From the NCBI GenBank assembly GCA_016748015.1, contig JAAOMT010000504.1:1-43183 (forward strand): a DNA stretch of 43,183 bases, written 5' to 3'. Positions 1 to 12,414 of this stretch are shown one piece after another. This stretch comes from Geosiphon pyriformis uo1. Lineage: Eukaryota; Fungi; Glomeromycota. Position numbers and translations under genes: made by a program. Position 1 is the first letter of the stretch. Each line of letters begins with the position of its first letter. The notes below the pieces were generated by a model. The model had not been told where the DNA came from. It saw only the letters and a program-made list of their open reading frames with translations, and ran no database searches.

Positions 1-44
1 CCAAGAAACAAGAACTTAAATGGTTCAGTAATAATAACAAAGAT

Positions 45-440
45 ATTATGTCAGAATAAGTACATGATACCAATGCAGGGTTTGATCTGAGATATCCAGG
101 GAAAGACACTCTCAAATTGAAACCACATTTGCACACTTACATAAATCTGAAAATAGCACTGGAAATTCTAGCAACAACAATGATTTAATTAGCATCTAAG
201 AATAGTCTAGCAAAAAAGAGAATTAACATCAAAGAAGGAATAATTGATGCAAGATATATAGAAAATATTATTGCAATACTACAAAATGATTCAGAAAAGG
301 CCTACATTATAAATCCAAACAAAAAGATAACACAGGCAATATTTCTACCTCTGATTAAAATAGCTCAATTAGTATTAGTAAGAAATAGGGAAGAATTAGG
401 AATTACAACTAGAGAAATACAAGAATTCAGATCAACAGAT
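45..440 (+). pseudogene. dut: dUTPase domain of Gypsy A pol
   Basis: Translation from 66: DTNAGFDLRYP...ASKNSLAKKRINIKEGIIDARYIENI...KITQAIFLP...TREIQEFRSTD. These are the five trimeric dUTPase motifs (AGxDL, RSS, GxID.GY.G, IAQ, RG..GFGSTG) with G>A decay. Confidence 0.92.
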
Positions 441-899
441 AGAATAGACATACCAGTTAATATGGCAGAGAAAAAAATTATTAACAAGGAAGAAATTATC
501 TCCACTCATTAATCAATTTCCATTCTATTATATGATTAGTATATAGTAGTTATAGAAAAAAAAGCAAAGAATCAGGTTCAGATTTTTGAGGCAGAAGCAA
601 CACTTTGTGAATCAGGAAAGATTGAACTAGTCAATCTACACATACCAGCCAAAAATCACAGACACATCAAAATTTTTATTTATAACAACACAAAAAATAT
701 CATTGAGATATTAGAAAGAACAACTATTGGATATTTGACCACCAAAGTTGAAAACCAACTGCCAAACACCATTCCAGACTTTTCACAACTGTGTAGATAT
801 GTAGATATCACATTTCAAACAATATACGGACAAGAAGAATGTTATCTGCTTCAACCAGAACAATTAGAACAGATAAACTTGGGAAACTTAAATCCACTT

Positions 900-3660
900 C
901 AACAAATACAACTCAAAATATTACTCAATAACTTCAATGACATCTTTGCCAGCAAAAATAAATTTGGCAGAACCAACATAATCTAGCACCAGATCAAGAC
1001 TGGAGATGAAATACTAATTAAACAAAGAATATATAGAGTACCACCAGCCAGCCATGAAATTATTCATCAAAAAATCAATTAAATGCTTGACAACGAGCTA
1101 ATTCAGCCATTAATAAGTCCATAATTATTATCAGTAGTATTAGTTCATAAAAAAAATAAAAAAATCCACTTTTGTGTGGATTATTGGAAACTAAATGAAA
1201 TAACTAAGAGAGATAGTTACTCAACACCAAAGATTTAAGAGCTGTTTAACACTTTTGGAGAAAAAAAATAGTTCTCAACTTTAGACTTAGACAGTAGTTA
1301 CTGGCAAGTAGCCATGAAACCAGAAGATAAAAAAAAACAGCTTTTACAACATGAAAAGAGAATTTCAAATTCAAAGTTATGCCATTTGGCTTGATAAATA
1401 CTCCAGCCACTTTCCAGTGATTCATAGAAATTGTTTATACTGGGCTACTATGAAAATTAGTAGTCATATACTTAGATAATACTAATGTGTTCACAAAAAC
1501 ATTTGATAATCATTTGTATTATTTCTAACAAGTATTTGAAAAACTCAAATAAGCAGGATTAAAATTAAATGTTAACAAATGCTTCTTTGGCAAAACAGAA
1601 CATAAGTTTTTGGAATATGTTGTGAGCAAAAACAGTATTAAAACAAATCCAGACAAGATTGAAATTGTTAAAAACTTTCCAGTACCAAATAATTTTACAG
1701 AATTAAAAGCATTTTTGGGATTTGCTGGATACTACTGCCACTTTATCAAAAACTTTTCCAAAATAGCTCAACTATTACACCAACTTCAAACAAAGAACAC
1801 CAAATATAAATGGACAGAAACTCAGCAAGAAGCTTTTGATATATTGAAAAGAAAACTTATTCAAGCTCTAGTATTGATCTATTCAGACTATAGCAAGCCA
1901 TTTATAATTATAACAGATGCATCAGGTCAAGCATTGGAAGCAGTACTATCTCAAAAAAAACCAGATAGATAAAAACATCCAGTAGCTTATACCAGTAGAA
2001 GCTTAAGTCCAGCTGAAAAAAATTATAGAACTCCAGCACTAGAATACTTAACTATCTATTAGGCTGTTATTAAATGGAAAAAATATTTGAGTCAAAAGTT
2101 TGATGTGTACACCAATCACAAAGGATTGACTTCAATCCAGAAGCAAAAATTTGGAAACAATTACTATGTCAGATAAAAAATAAAACTTTCACCATTTAAT
2201 TATACAATACATTACAAAAAAGAAAAAGAAAATGGAAATGTTGATGGTCTGTTATAAATAAAACAAATCTGAAAACATTTTAAACCCAAAAATATAACAA
2301 AAGATAAATATACAAAAATACCAACAACTCCAACATTATATAAATATCCAATTGTTCAAGAAAAAATTATCTCAAAAAAAACAAAACAACATAAAACAAC
2401 AATCAAAATATTTTATCAACTATCAAAATATACTTTACTAGAAGAACAAAAGAAATCCAAATTAACCAACCAGAGTAATTACAGAATCAGAGAAAGAAAC
2501 AATATTATTTAACATGTACTCAAATCTAACAGCAAAACATTTTCACAAAGAAGCAATCATAAAAAAAACCAAAAAAAGATACTATTGGCCATCAATGTAT
2601 CCAGACATCATCCAATATGTTCAAAATTGTGATGCTTGTTAGAGAAGAGAAGGAACAAAACCTGATGAACCATTAAGACCAATCAAAGTAGGACAACTAT
2701 TTGATTGCATCAGAATTGACTTAGTCAGACCATTAACAATAACCAGCAGAGACAACAGATATATTGCAGTAGCCATGAACTATCTTACAAAATGGCCAGA
2801 AACAAAAGCCATTCAAAGAGCAGATGCAGAATTCATTGCTGAATTCGTCTATTAAGATTTGATCTGTCAACACAGATGTCCAAAAAAACTACTATTAGAT
2901 CAAAGAACTCATTTTGTGAATAGAACATTGACAGAATTAAGTCAAAGATTTGAAATAAAAAGACCATTATTATTATTATATTATCCACAAACAAATGGGT
3001 TAGTTGAAAGATTCAACAAAATACTATGTGAAACAATAGCCAAGATCAGCCAAGAAAACCAGAATGAATGAAATTTGTTTATATCATCAATATTATTTGC
3101 TTACAGAACAATAAAACAAGACACTACATAAACAACACTATTTGAATTAGTATATAGTAGAACAGCAATATTATCAGTTAAGATAGAAGTCAAAACATAT
3201 CTAACAGAACCAATAACAGAAGAGAATTTTCAAAAAACATTGTTGAAAAAAACATATAACTTAATGGAGATACTAGAAAACAAACAGCAAAAAGCAGCTA
3301 ATAATATCCAAAAGTCATAAGAAAAACAAAAAAAAGACATGATAACCAATTATCAGAAAAACCAGTCAAATTCAAGATTAGAGACAAAGTACTTTTATAT
3401 TGTACCAAAGCAGAAAAACAATAAAGTGGAAAATTTAACTCCAAATAGGACAGACTGTTTCACATAAAAAAAATTTTAGGTTGAACAACAAAATTTTAAC
3501 CAAAGCAGTACATAGAAATCAATTGAAACTTTATCAAAACATAGTATCAGCATTCACCATTAATATTCCATAACTAAGAGCACAAAGAATACTAGTCCAA
3601 TCAGATGAGATTCCACAAGATTTGAAACCAATCATAGTAATTGAACCAAACATGTTAAAT
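900..3660 (+). pseudogene. pol: RT-RNaseH-integrase of Gypsy A
   Basis: FCVDYWKLN, FSTLDLDSSYWQV, YLDN, LKAFLGFAGYY, HHCC-like zinc finger ~2510-2640, D-D-E core 2700-3020. No chromodomain seen. Confidence 0.93.
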
Positions 3661-4351
3661 TAAAAAACCAAAAGAGTATATAAAGACACAGTATATGCAA
3701 CAAAAACAACAAAAAAAATAGAAATACCAGATCATATTCACATGTTAGCTCAACAATTGTTTTAGGCTTTAAGTCAACAGCAAGTAAACATAGAAATTAT
3801 CATCAACAACCAAACAATTTGTTATCGAAACACCAAACAAAAAGGGAAAAAAACACCATACCAGTGACCACAGAAACAATCAATAAACTGGTCAGATAAA
3901 ATAGTAAAGAAAGTAAAGAACACTTTTGAAAAAATAACCACCATGGTTCCAACAGAAGAACTGGTGAAAGAAAATTGGAACCAATGAATAAACCAACTTT
4001 CAATATTATATTGCTACTATCAATTGGGACAAAAAATAGATATTCAGAAATTATATCTTGACAAATCCAAGAATCTTTAATCAAGAGATAATTTGGAACA
4101 TTAAAGACATTATTGAAAAGAAAACAAACTTGACATTACATATTAAAACTATTTATTGACTACACACTATATTTCAAAACTACTCAGAAATATTGTTATA
4201 CTCTGACATGGAAACAATAACTATCAACCAATAAGGAAAAATGAACAACTCACAAATTAAAGAAATAAAGAGTAAAGTAGAACAAACACTACTTGAAAAA
4301 GAAGTATTTGACATAATTCAAAATGAGAATTTTGATGGAGCTCAATATTAA
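3652..4351 (+). pseudogene. Additional 3' ORF/domain of unknown function, Gypsy A
   Basis: About 230 codons (stops, one frameshift near 4080) between integrase and the PPT: YYQLGQKIDIQKL...TIY*LHTIFQNY...TITINQ*GKM...ENFDGAQY*. A peptide homologue is present in copy B. Confidence 0.7.
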
Positions 4352-4364
4352 AAATAGAAGATAA

Positions 4365-5175
4365 TGTTACTCATAAAAAAGAAAACAAATATAGAAAAAT
4401 AGTAGACCAATAAGGGAGTAGTAGTTAGCATATGAGCACATTGCTCAGCAATATAAAGCAATATTAGAAAATTAGAGCACATTGCTCAACAATGTGAGCA
4501 TTGCTCAAGAAATTATAATACATTGTTTGGGAATGTGAGTGATTTCATAGAACATTAATTATGTATATATAGCAGTAGCATTAGAAGAAGAAAAAACAGA
4601 TCTCTCAGTTTAGATCTGATCTAAGCAATCTTTTATTCACAAATATCAATAAATAATTATTTACTATTTGAATTCACTCTCTACTATCAATACTTTATGT
4701 TGATAGTAATTGATACTTAACTACACTGGAACAATAGCTCTTGATTACGGCTATTGATAAGATACTAATATTTATCACCTTGACTTATTTCTTTATTTTC
4801 TTTTTATTTCCTTTTGTTATTTCTTTTGTTTTACTAATTGATTAAAAAGTAAAAGTGCTGAATTATTGACATCAAGGATAGCCTGGTAAAAAACCTCAAA
4901 GAAAGGGTATAACATTGAGAATTAAAGGATAGCTTACCAAAAAGGCATTTCTGTCAAATTACTGGTCACCATGCTGAGAAAGAAATTTGACAGAATTGCA
5001 ATTCTGGAAGGCTATTGAGAAAACAACAAGTGAATCTCTGTTTATTATACAAAAGACTCAACCAAAACTTTCAGATCATGAAAACCTTTAGAAATCAACA
5101 TTATTATTAAATCAACTGAGCACCAAGTTATGGATTTGTTATTTGCTTTGAGACCCTAAATAATTATCTGTAACA
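4365..5175 (+). repeat. 3' LTR of Gypsy A (~810 bp)
   Basis: Starts TGTTAC right after the PPT and ends GTAACA (terminal inverted repeat). TATA-like tatatatag ~4565. The downstream part aligns with 11795-12414. Confidence 0.88.
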
Positions 5176-5179
5176 ACAA

Positions 5180-6130
5180 TTGGGTAATCAATATTAAAAC
5201 CCCAATCACAGATTTCAAACCAGAATTACACCCACAATTTATTAAATAAACCTTATCAATATCAATCCTATTTTCTACAAATGACACAACAACCAATATA
5301 TATACCTTCAATCTATTAAACTCCAGTTCTAGTTATTTATCAATTGCAGCCACAAGTAATTTATCAATCCTAATCCATTCCAATACCATCATCAAACTCA
5401 GTTCAAATATCTGGAAATTTGAGACTGAGAATCATATACATTTAATAAAACTGGTGATCAGTAATAATAATGCATCAGTCAATCTCTAGTTTATCACAAC
5501 AGTCTTCAGAACCATAACAGTGGAGTTCAGAAACTGGTTACAGTCAAAACCCAAATTCCTAAAACTATTTAAGTCTTCTGGTTACTCTAAAAAATGCCAA
5601 ACCCAGCAACCAGAAACCCAATCAAACTCAACTATTCACTAATAACATACCTTTAGCAATTATTACTAAAAACAAATCACTTACTGCTATTTTTTTTTGA
5701 ACTTAAGGAATTAGTTGAAACACTGCTATTTAATAGAGCTGTTCTGGAATCAAAACCCATTACTGTAATATATACAAATGTCAAAGTCAATAGTCAGCCC
5801 ATTAAACTGATTCTAGACAGTGGATTAGCTGGCAGTATTATCACATGACAACTCATAAACCAATTAGGTTACTGAGTTGATTATACTATCAGTGTCAAAA
5901 TTATTACCACCAATAAAGTAACAAAAATGCCCATTGGTGAGATTGACAACTTTTTGTTTGAAGTCAATGACATTATAGTACTGGTTAATAACATTATAGT
6001 ATTGATCAAAGTCCTTATCATAGAAACCACCTAGTACCAAACACTAATTGGTAATAACTGGCTGTCCAAAACTAACACTATGCTCAACTGAAACATCCAG
6101 GAGCTACAACTCAACCAAAATGGCTGACAC
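5180..6130 (+). pseudogene. Q/P-rich gag tail and aspartic protease of Gypsy B
   Basis: PIKLILDSGLAGSIIT (DSG 5816-5824) followed by LIGNNWL (LxGxDW-type motif) at ~6045. Confidence 0.9.
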
Positions 6131-6389
6131 ACTTGGATACTAGCAATCTGCAGTCACTTCAAGATTACCACCATACCAGCATTATTAATAGAATTTGAGG
6201 AAAAAAAGAAGAAATCTACCTAAAAAGCCTATCAAGTTTTATTGACTGATAACAACCACAATAAATTACAACCAATATTCTTTTGGAATAACAAAAGAAA
6301 AGAAAAAGAAAAAGACATATCTGAAGAAGCCACAGCCACCAAAGAACCAGATAGTAATTAAGAAAAATTCTACTTAATTAACACTAGAC

Positions 6390-7050
6390 CAAAACCCCCC
6401 TATATATTATTGAAATATAAGGACTGCAAGAAAAAGCTGTCCTCCATAGAAGCCTGGGTCGTACTTGATGAAAACTATTGGATATGTATTCATTATTACT
6501 GTAAGCCATATCACTAAAAATAATATAGCTACCCAAAATAACAAGACAAGTGAAACAACAAATCATGTCTCGCTTATGAAAAACAGTTATTTGACAAAGA
6601 AATATAGAATAACATTTTTGGTTAAAGAAAAATGTGTGACACCTTATGCCAATACATAATCCTCATAAGTGATTGGATCAATAGAGGAATGTCTTTTAAT
6701 GCTATATAGAACTGTACTGTATCATGCTTAGATGGTTACTCACACAATAAGAATAAGATCTGAAAAATAGCAAGTGGCAAAGTTAAAGATACTTTACCTA
6801 GTAAAATATTAGAAATTAAAAATAACTCATTTAAACCAGCCAAAACTTTCTTTATTTCTAATTCAGATGCTTTTTTTAACATCAAAGCTGGTCCTAAAAA
6901 GTTTTATAAACACTACCAAAATTTAATACCAACCAGAGCAGAACAAAAACAGTGGTTAGAACAGTTAAACACTTAACTTTGTCAATACTATTTAATTTTA
7001 TGTAATTTTCAATATTGTAATGAGTGTAATCTTATTTACAATTCACCACC
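6390..7050 (+). pseudogene. Cys-rich putative multi-zinc-binding region between protease and dUTPase
   Basis: In the pol frame: YKDCKK, YCKPYH, CLAY, CDTLC, LCQYYLILCNFQYCNECN. Restoring TAT to TGT gives several CxxC pairs. Confidence 0.65.
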
Positions 7051-7294
7051 ATACATAATTTACATGATCCCAAAAAAAAACCCAATTAGCAGCTGCACAT
7101 TGGAATTGAAATTATTATTCAATCTTAATTCAAACTCTGATAACAATAATGATAACAAAAGTTCTAATTCAGTTTAAAATAACAACAACAATAGCAAAAA
7201 TTTGGATTTCAATTCAAATCCAAAACAATACATCACACTTTCTGATTTGTCCAAAGAGCAAAATTAAAATAGTTTTGTAATAACAATGAAAATA

Positions 7295-7685
7295 TTATGC
7301 CAGAATGTGTATATGATACTAATACAGAATTTGATCTAAGATATTTAGAAAAAAATACCATCAAATTAAAACCATATTCATGTACATGTATTGAAAATAG
7401 CATTGAAAATTCCAAAAACAACAATAGTTTAACTAGCATCTAGAAGTAGTTTAGCAAAAAAGAGGATTAATATAAGAGAAAGAATAATTGACACAGAATA
7501 TATAGAAAATATCATTGCAATACTACAAAATAATTCAGAAAAACCATATATCATCAAACTAAATGAAAAAATAGCATAGGCAATATTTCTATTTTTAGTA
7601 AAAATAGTTCAATTAGTGCCAATAAAAAATAAAGAGAAATTAGAAATAACAACAAAAGGGATAAGTAGATTTGGATTTATATATA
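7295..7685 (+). pseudogene. dut: dUTPase domain of Gypsy B pol
   Basis: TEFDLRY...ASRSSLAKKRINIRERIIDTEYIENI...KIA*AIF...TKGISRFGF. One frameshift. Confidence 0.9.
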
Positions 7686-8099
7686 GAATAGACATATCAG
7701 TTAATATAGCAGAAGAAAAAAACATTGACAAAGAAAAAATTATTTTTACCTGTCAATCAATTTTTATTCCACCATATAATCAGTATTTAGTAGTTATAGA
7801 AAGAAAAGTAAGAAATCAATTCCAAATTTTTGAAGCAGAAGCCACTATTTGTAAATTAGAAGAAATTGCTATTATCAATCTCTATATACCAGCTAAAAAC
7901 TACAAATACATCAAAATTTCTATCCATAATACAACTGAAGATTTCATTGAAATACCAAAAAGAACCACTATTGGATACTTAAGCACTAAAGTCGAAGACC
8001 AATTACTAAGCATCATTTCAGACTTTTTACAATTATGCAAATATATGGATATTATATCACAAATAATATATAGACAAAAAAAATAAGAACAATTGGAAC

Positions 8100-10880
8100 A
8101 AATAAACTTGGGAAATCTAAACCCATTCCAACAAATGCAACTCAAAATGTTACTTAATAATTTTACTGATATTTTTGCCAGTGAAAATGAATTTGGCCAA
8201 ACTAATATCATTCAGCATTAGATCAAGACTGAAAATACAATGCCAATTAAACAGAGAGCATACTGAGTACTATTAGTAAGCCATAAAATTATTTGACAAG
8301 AAATTAACAGAATGTTGAACAATGAGTTAATTCAATCATTAATGAATTGATAGTTATTATTAGTGGTACTGGTTCAGAAGAAAAATAGAAAAATCCACTT
8401 TTGTGTGGATTACAGAAAACTTAATAGTGTTATTCATAAAGATGGCTATCTGACTTTACAGATTCAAGAATTATTTAATGCTTTTAGAGGAAAAAAATAG
8501 TTTTTAACATTAAATTTAAACAGTAGTTATTAACAAATAGCCATAAAACTGAAAGACAAAGAAAAAACTGCATTCACTATAAAAAAAGAGAATTTCGAAT
8601 TTAAAGTAATGTCATTTGGTTTAACTAATACACCAGCCACATTCCAGCAGCTCATGGAAATTGTTTATATTAAACTACTATAAAAATCAGTAGTTATTTA
8701 TTTAGATGACACAAATACATTCTTAAAAACATTCAATAATTATCTTCATCATTTACAACAGATTTTTGAAAGACTAAAAAAAGCTGAATTGAAACTGAAT
8801 ACAATCAAATGCTTCTTTGGCAAAACAAAACTAAAATTTTTGGAACATGTTATAAGCAAAAACAGCATCAAAATGGATTCAGACAAGATTAAGATTGTCA
8901 AAAACTTTCTAATATTAATAAATCTCACAAAATTAAGAGCATTCTTGGGATTTGCTGAATATTACCACCAATTTATACAGAATTTTTTCAAACTGGCTTA
9001 ACTACTACACCAGCTCCAAACTAAAAATGTGAAATATGAATGAACTGAAGCTCAGCAAGAAACTTTTGATATTTTAAGAAGAAAGCTTATTTAAGCACCA
9101 GTATTAATTTATCCAGATTACAACAAACCATTTATTATTACCACTGATACATTGAGTCAAGCATTGGGAACAGTACTATCTTAGAGAAGACCAGATAGAA
9201 AAAAACATCCAATAGTATACACCAGTAGAAGCTTAAGCCCAGCAAAAAAGAATTATAAACCACCAGCATTAGAACACTTAGCTATCTATTAGGCAGTTAT
9301 GAAATGGAAAAAGTATTTAAGCCAGAAGTTTAAAGTATACACTAATCACAAAGAATTGACATCAATCCAAAAGCAAAAATTTGGAAATAACCATTATGTT
9401 AAATAAAAAATAGAACTTTTACCATTTAAATATACTGTACATTATAAAAAAGAAAAAGAAAATGGAAATGCTAATGGTTTGTCACAAATGAGACAAATCT
9501 AAGAACATTTTAACTTAAAAAAATATAACAAAGGATGAACACCCAAAAATATCAAAAACTCTAATATTATATTAATATACAGCAGTTCAAGGAGAAATTA
9601 TCTTAAAAAAAACGAAACAACATAAAACAACAATCAAAATATTTTATTACTCACCAAGATATATTATATCAGAAAAACAGAAAAAATTCAGATCAACCAT
9701 TCAGAGTAATCACAGAACCAGAAAAAGAAACAATACTATACAACATATACTTAGATCTGACAGCAGGATATTTTTATAAAGAAGCAACCATGAAAAAAAC
9801 CAGAAAGAAATATTACTGGCCATTAATATATCCAGACATCATCCAATACATTCAAAATTGTGGTGCTTGTCAAAAAAGAGGAGGAACAAGATCTAACAAA
9901 CCATTAAGACCAATTAGAATAAGACAATCATTTAATAGAATTGGAATTGACTTAGTCAGACTATTAACAATAACCAGCAGAAGCAATTGTTATATAACAG
10001 TAGCTATGGACTATCTTATCAAATGACCAAAGACAAAAGCAATTCAAAGAACAGATGCAGAATTCATAGCTAAATTTGTTCACCAAAATTTGATTTGTCA
10101 GCATAAATGTTTGAAAAAATTGTTATCAGATCAAGAAACTCTTTTGTAAATAGAACATTAACAGAATTAAGCCAAAGATTTGAAATTAAAAGATTATTAT
10201 CATCATTATATCATTCATAAATAAATGGTTTAGTAAAAAGATTCAACAAAACATTGTGTAAAGCAATTGCCAAAATTAGTTAAGAAAACCAGGACAAATA
10301 AAATTTGTTTATATTATCAGTACTATTTGCTTATCAAACAATGAAACAAGATATCACACAAACAACACTATTTGAACTTGTTTATGACAGAACAACAACA
10401 TTACTAGTGAAGATAAAAGTTAATATGTATCCAATTGAACTAATAATCAAAGCCAATTTTCAAAAACCATTGCTAAGAAGAATATATAAACTAATCAAAA
10501 CATTAGAAAACAAAAGATAAAGAGCAGCTAATAACATTTAAAAGTTATAAAAAAAATGAAAAAAATGACATGATAATCAATTATCAGACAAACCAGTTAA
10601 ATTCAAGATTGAAAACAAAATACTTTTATATTATATCAAAGTAGAAAAACAATAGAGTAGAAAATTTGACCTCAAATAAAATAGAACTTACAAACTAAGA
10701 TAGGACAACAAAATCTTAGTTAAAGCAATACATAAAAATCAACTAAAACCATATCACAATATATTATCATCATTCACTGGTAATATTCCACAACTGGGAA
10801 TATAATGAATACTAGTCTAATTGAATGAAATTCTATAAGATCTAGAACCAATTATAGTTATCAATACAAACATATCAAAT
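8100..10880 (+). pseudogene. pol: RT-RNaseH-integrase of Gypsy B
   Basis: FCVDYRKLN, YLDD, LRAFLGFAEYY, YYWPLIYPDIIQYIQNCGAC, RIGIDLV. Confidence 0.93.
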
Positions 10881-11572
10881 TGATCAAATAGAATAATATA
10901 TAAAAACACAGTAAATGCGACCAAAAATAACAATAAAAGATGAAAATTACCAATAACATCTATTTACTCACACAACAACTATTCTAATTAATTTAATAAA
11001 CAAGCCTAAAAATTATCATTAACCAACAAATTATTTAATACAAAAATAATTAAAAAAAGACCCAATACAAGGTACACAGAAAATTGGAAAACACTATAAA
11101 TAAGATAATAGCAAAAATAAAGTTGTCAATAAAAACACCAAAAACAGTTGTACTATATCAAAAAATAATAAAAAAAACTTGAAATTAGTGGCTACAACAA
11201 TTTCCAAGAAACTTTTACTATTACTACTTGGGACAGATTCTCAATATTCAGAATTTATATACTGACAAGACAAAATAGTTATTCAATACAACAATACTAC
11301 AACAACTAGAACAATTTATAGAGAAAAACAATTTGTCCACATAAGCACAAGTCATATATTGGCTATATACAGGATTTTAAGATCGACCAGTCATACTACT
11401 TAATTCAGCAATGAATATAGTTACCATTAATCAATTAGGAAAAATCATTAATGCCCAATTTGAAGAATTACAAATCAAAATAACACAACTAATTCTCGAA
11501 AAAGAAGTTCAGGAGTTAATCAAAGAAGAAAAGTTAGGAAATATAGAAAATTTTAATAAAGCTTAATATTAA
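10872..11572 (+). pseudogene. Additional 3' ORF/domain, Gypsy B
   Basis: YYYLGQILNIQNL...VIYWLYTGF...VTINQLGKI...EKEV...ENFNKA*Y*. Homologous to 3652-4351. Confidence 0.65.
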
Positions 11573-11585
11573 AAAAAGGAGATAA

Positions 11586-12414
11586 TATTACTTATAAAAT
11601 ATAGGAATTATATATTAGTACATAAATTAATCAATTAAAATGAAATACAGTAAAAGTAAAATTCCAGAATTTTTTTTAGAGGAATTGCAGAATTTCAGAA
11701 TTCCAGGATTCCTCTCAAGAAATTACAGAATTTCAAAAATTTTAGGATTCCTGGCTAGAAAATTAAAAAATTCAAGAAATTTTGTATAATGAAATTTATG
11801 TATATATAACAGTAGTGTTAAAAACAGAAAAAACAGAATCTCTAAGTTAGAATCCTTAGTTTAGAACACCAAGTTCTAATATTCACTATTAATAAAATAC
11901 TTATTTCAATCACAATTTATTGCTACTATCAACACTTCATATTAATAGCAATTAATACTTAACTATATTGAACCAATAACTCTTAATTATAATTATTGAT
12001 AAGATACTAACTTTTTTTGCCTTGATTTATTTTTTTAGTGTTCTTTTCTTTATTTTTTTTTATTTTTTTATTTTTTTTATTTTTTATTTACTAAATTAAT
12101 TTAAAAGATTAATGCACGGGGTACTGATGTCAGAATATAGCATTGGTAAAAGACCCAGGAATGAAGATAAACACTCAAAATTGAGTGTAATTTACTAGAA
12201 AATTGCTGGCCACCAAACTGAAAAAAAATTGACAAAATTGCAATTCCAAAAGACAACTGAAAACAACAATTGAATTTCTGCTTATTATACAAAAGACTTA
12301 ACTCAAAATCTTTAGATTACCCAGATCTTCAGATATTACTAATTGAATTTGATATTAAGCACCAAGTTATGAGTTTATTATTTGATTTGAGAGCCCAAAT
12401 AATCACTTGTAATA
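11586..12414 (+). repeat. 3' LTR of Gypsy B (~830 bp)
   Basis: TATTAC...GTAATA (decayed TGTTAC...GTAACA) after the PPT aaaaaaaggagataa. R/U5 is homologous to LTR A, U3 is not. Confidence 0.85.

Larger units (their letters stand above)
1..5175 (+). mobile_element. Ty3/Gypsy LTR retrotransposon copy A (5' part outside window), degenerate
   Basis: Order is dUTPase, RT (YLDN at 1469-1480; KVMPFGL), RNase H (TDASGQALEAVLSQ), integrase (YYWPSMYPDIIQYVQNCDAC; PQTNGLVERFN), extra ORF, polypurine tract 4350-4364 and 3' LTR. Many premature stops. Confidence 0.95.
5176..12414 (+). mobile_element. Ty3/Gypsy LTR retrotransposon copy B (gag interrupted at 5176), degenerate
   Basis: Gag C-terminal tail, protease, Cys-rich region, dUTPase, RT (YLDD 8699-8710), RNase H, integrase, extra ORF, PPT 11571-11585 and 3' LTR. 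Colinear with copy A from ~7255. Confidence 0.95.

Noticed and set aside
4365-5175. Shared LTR of a head-to-tail tandem
   Set aside because: No PBS or gag start follows and its U3 differs from LTR B. Nesting explains both, though upstream sequence is needed to exclude a tandem fully.
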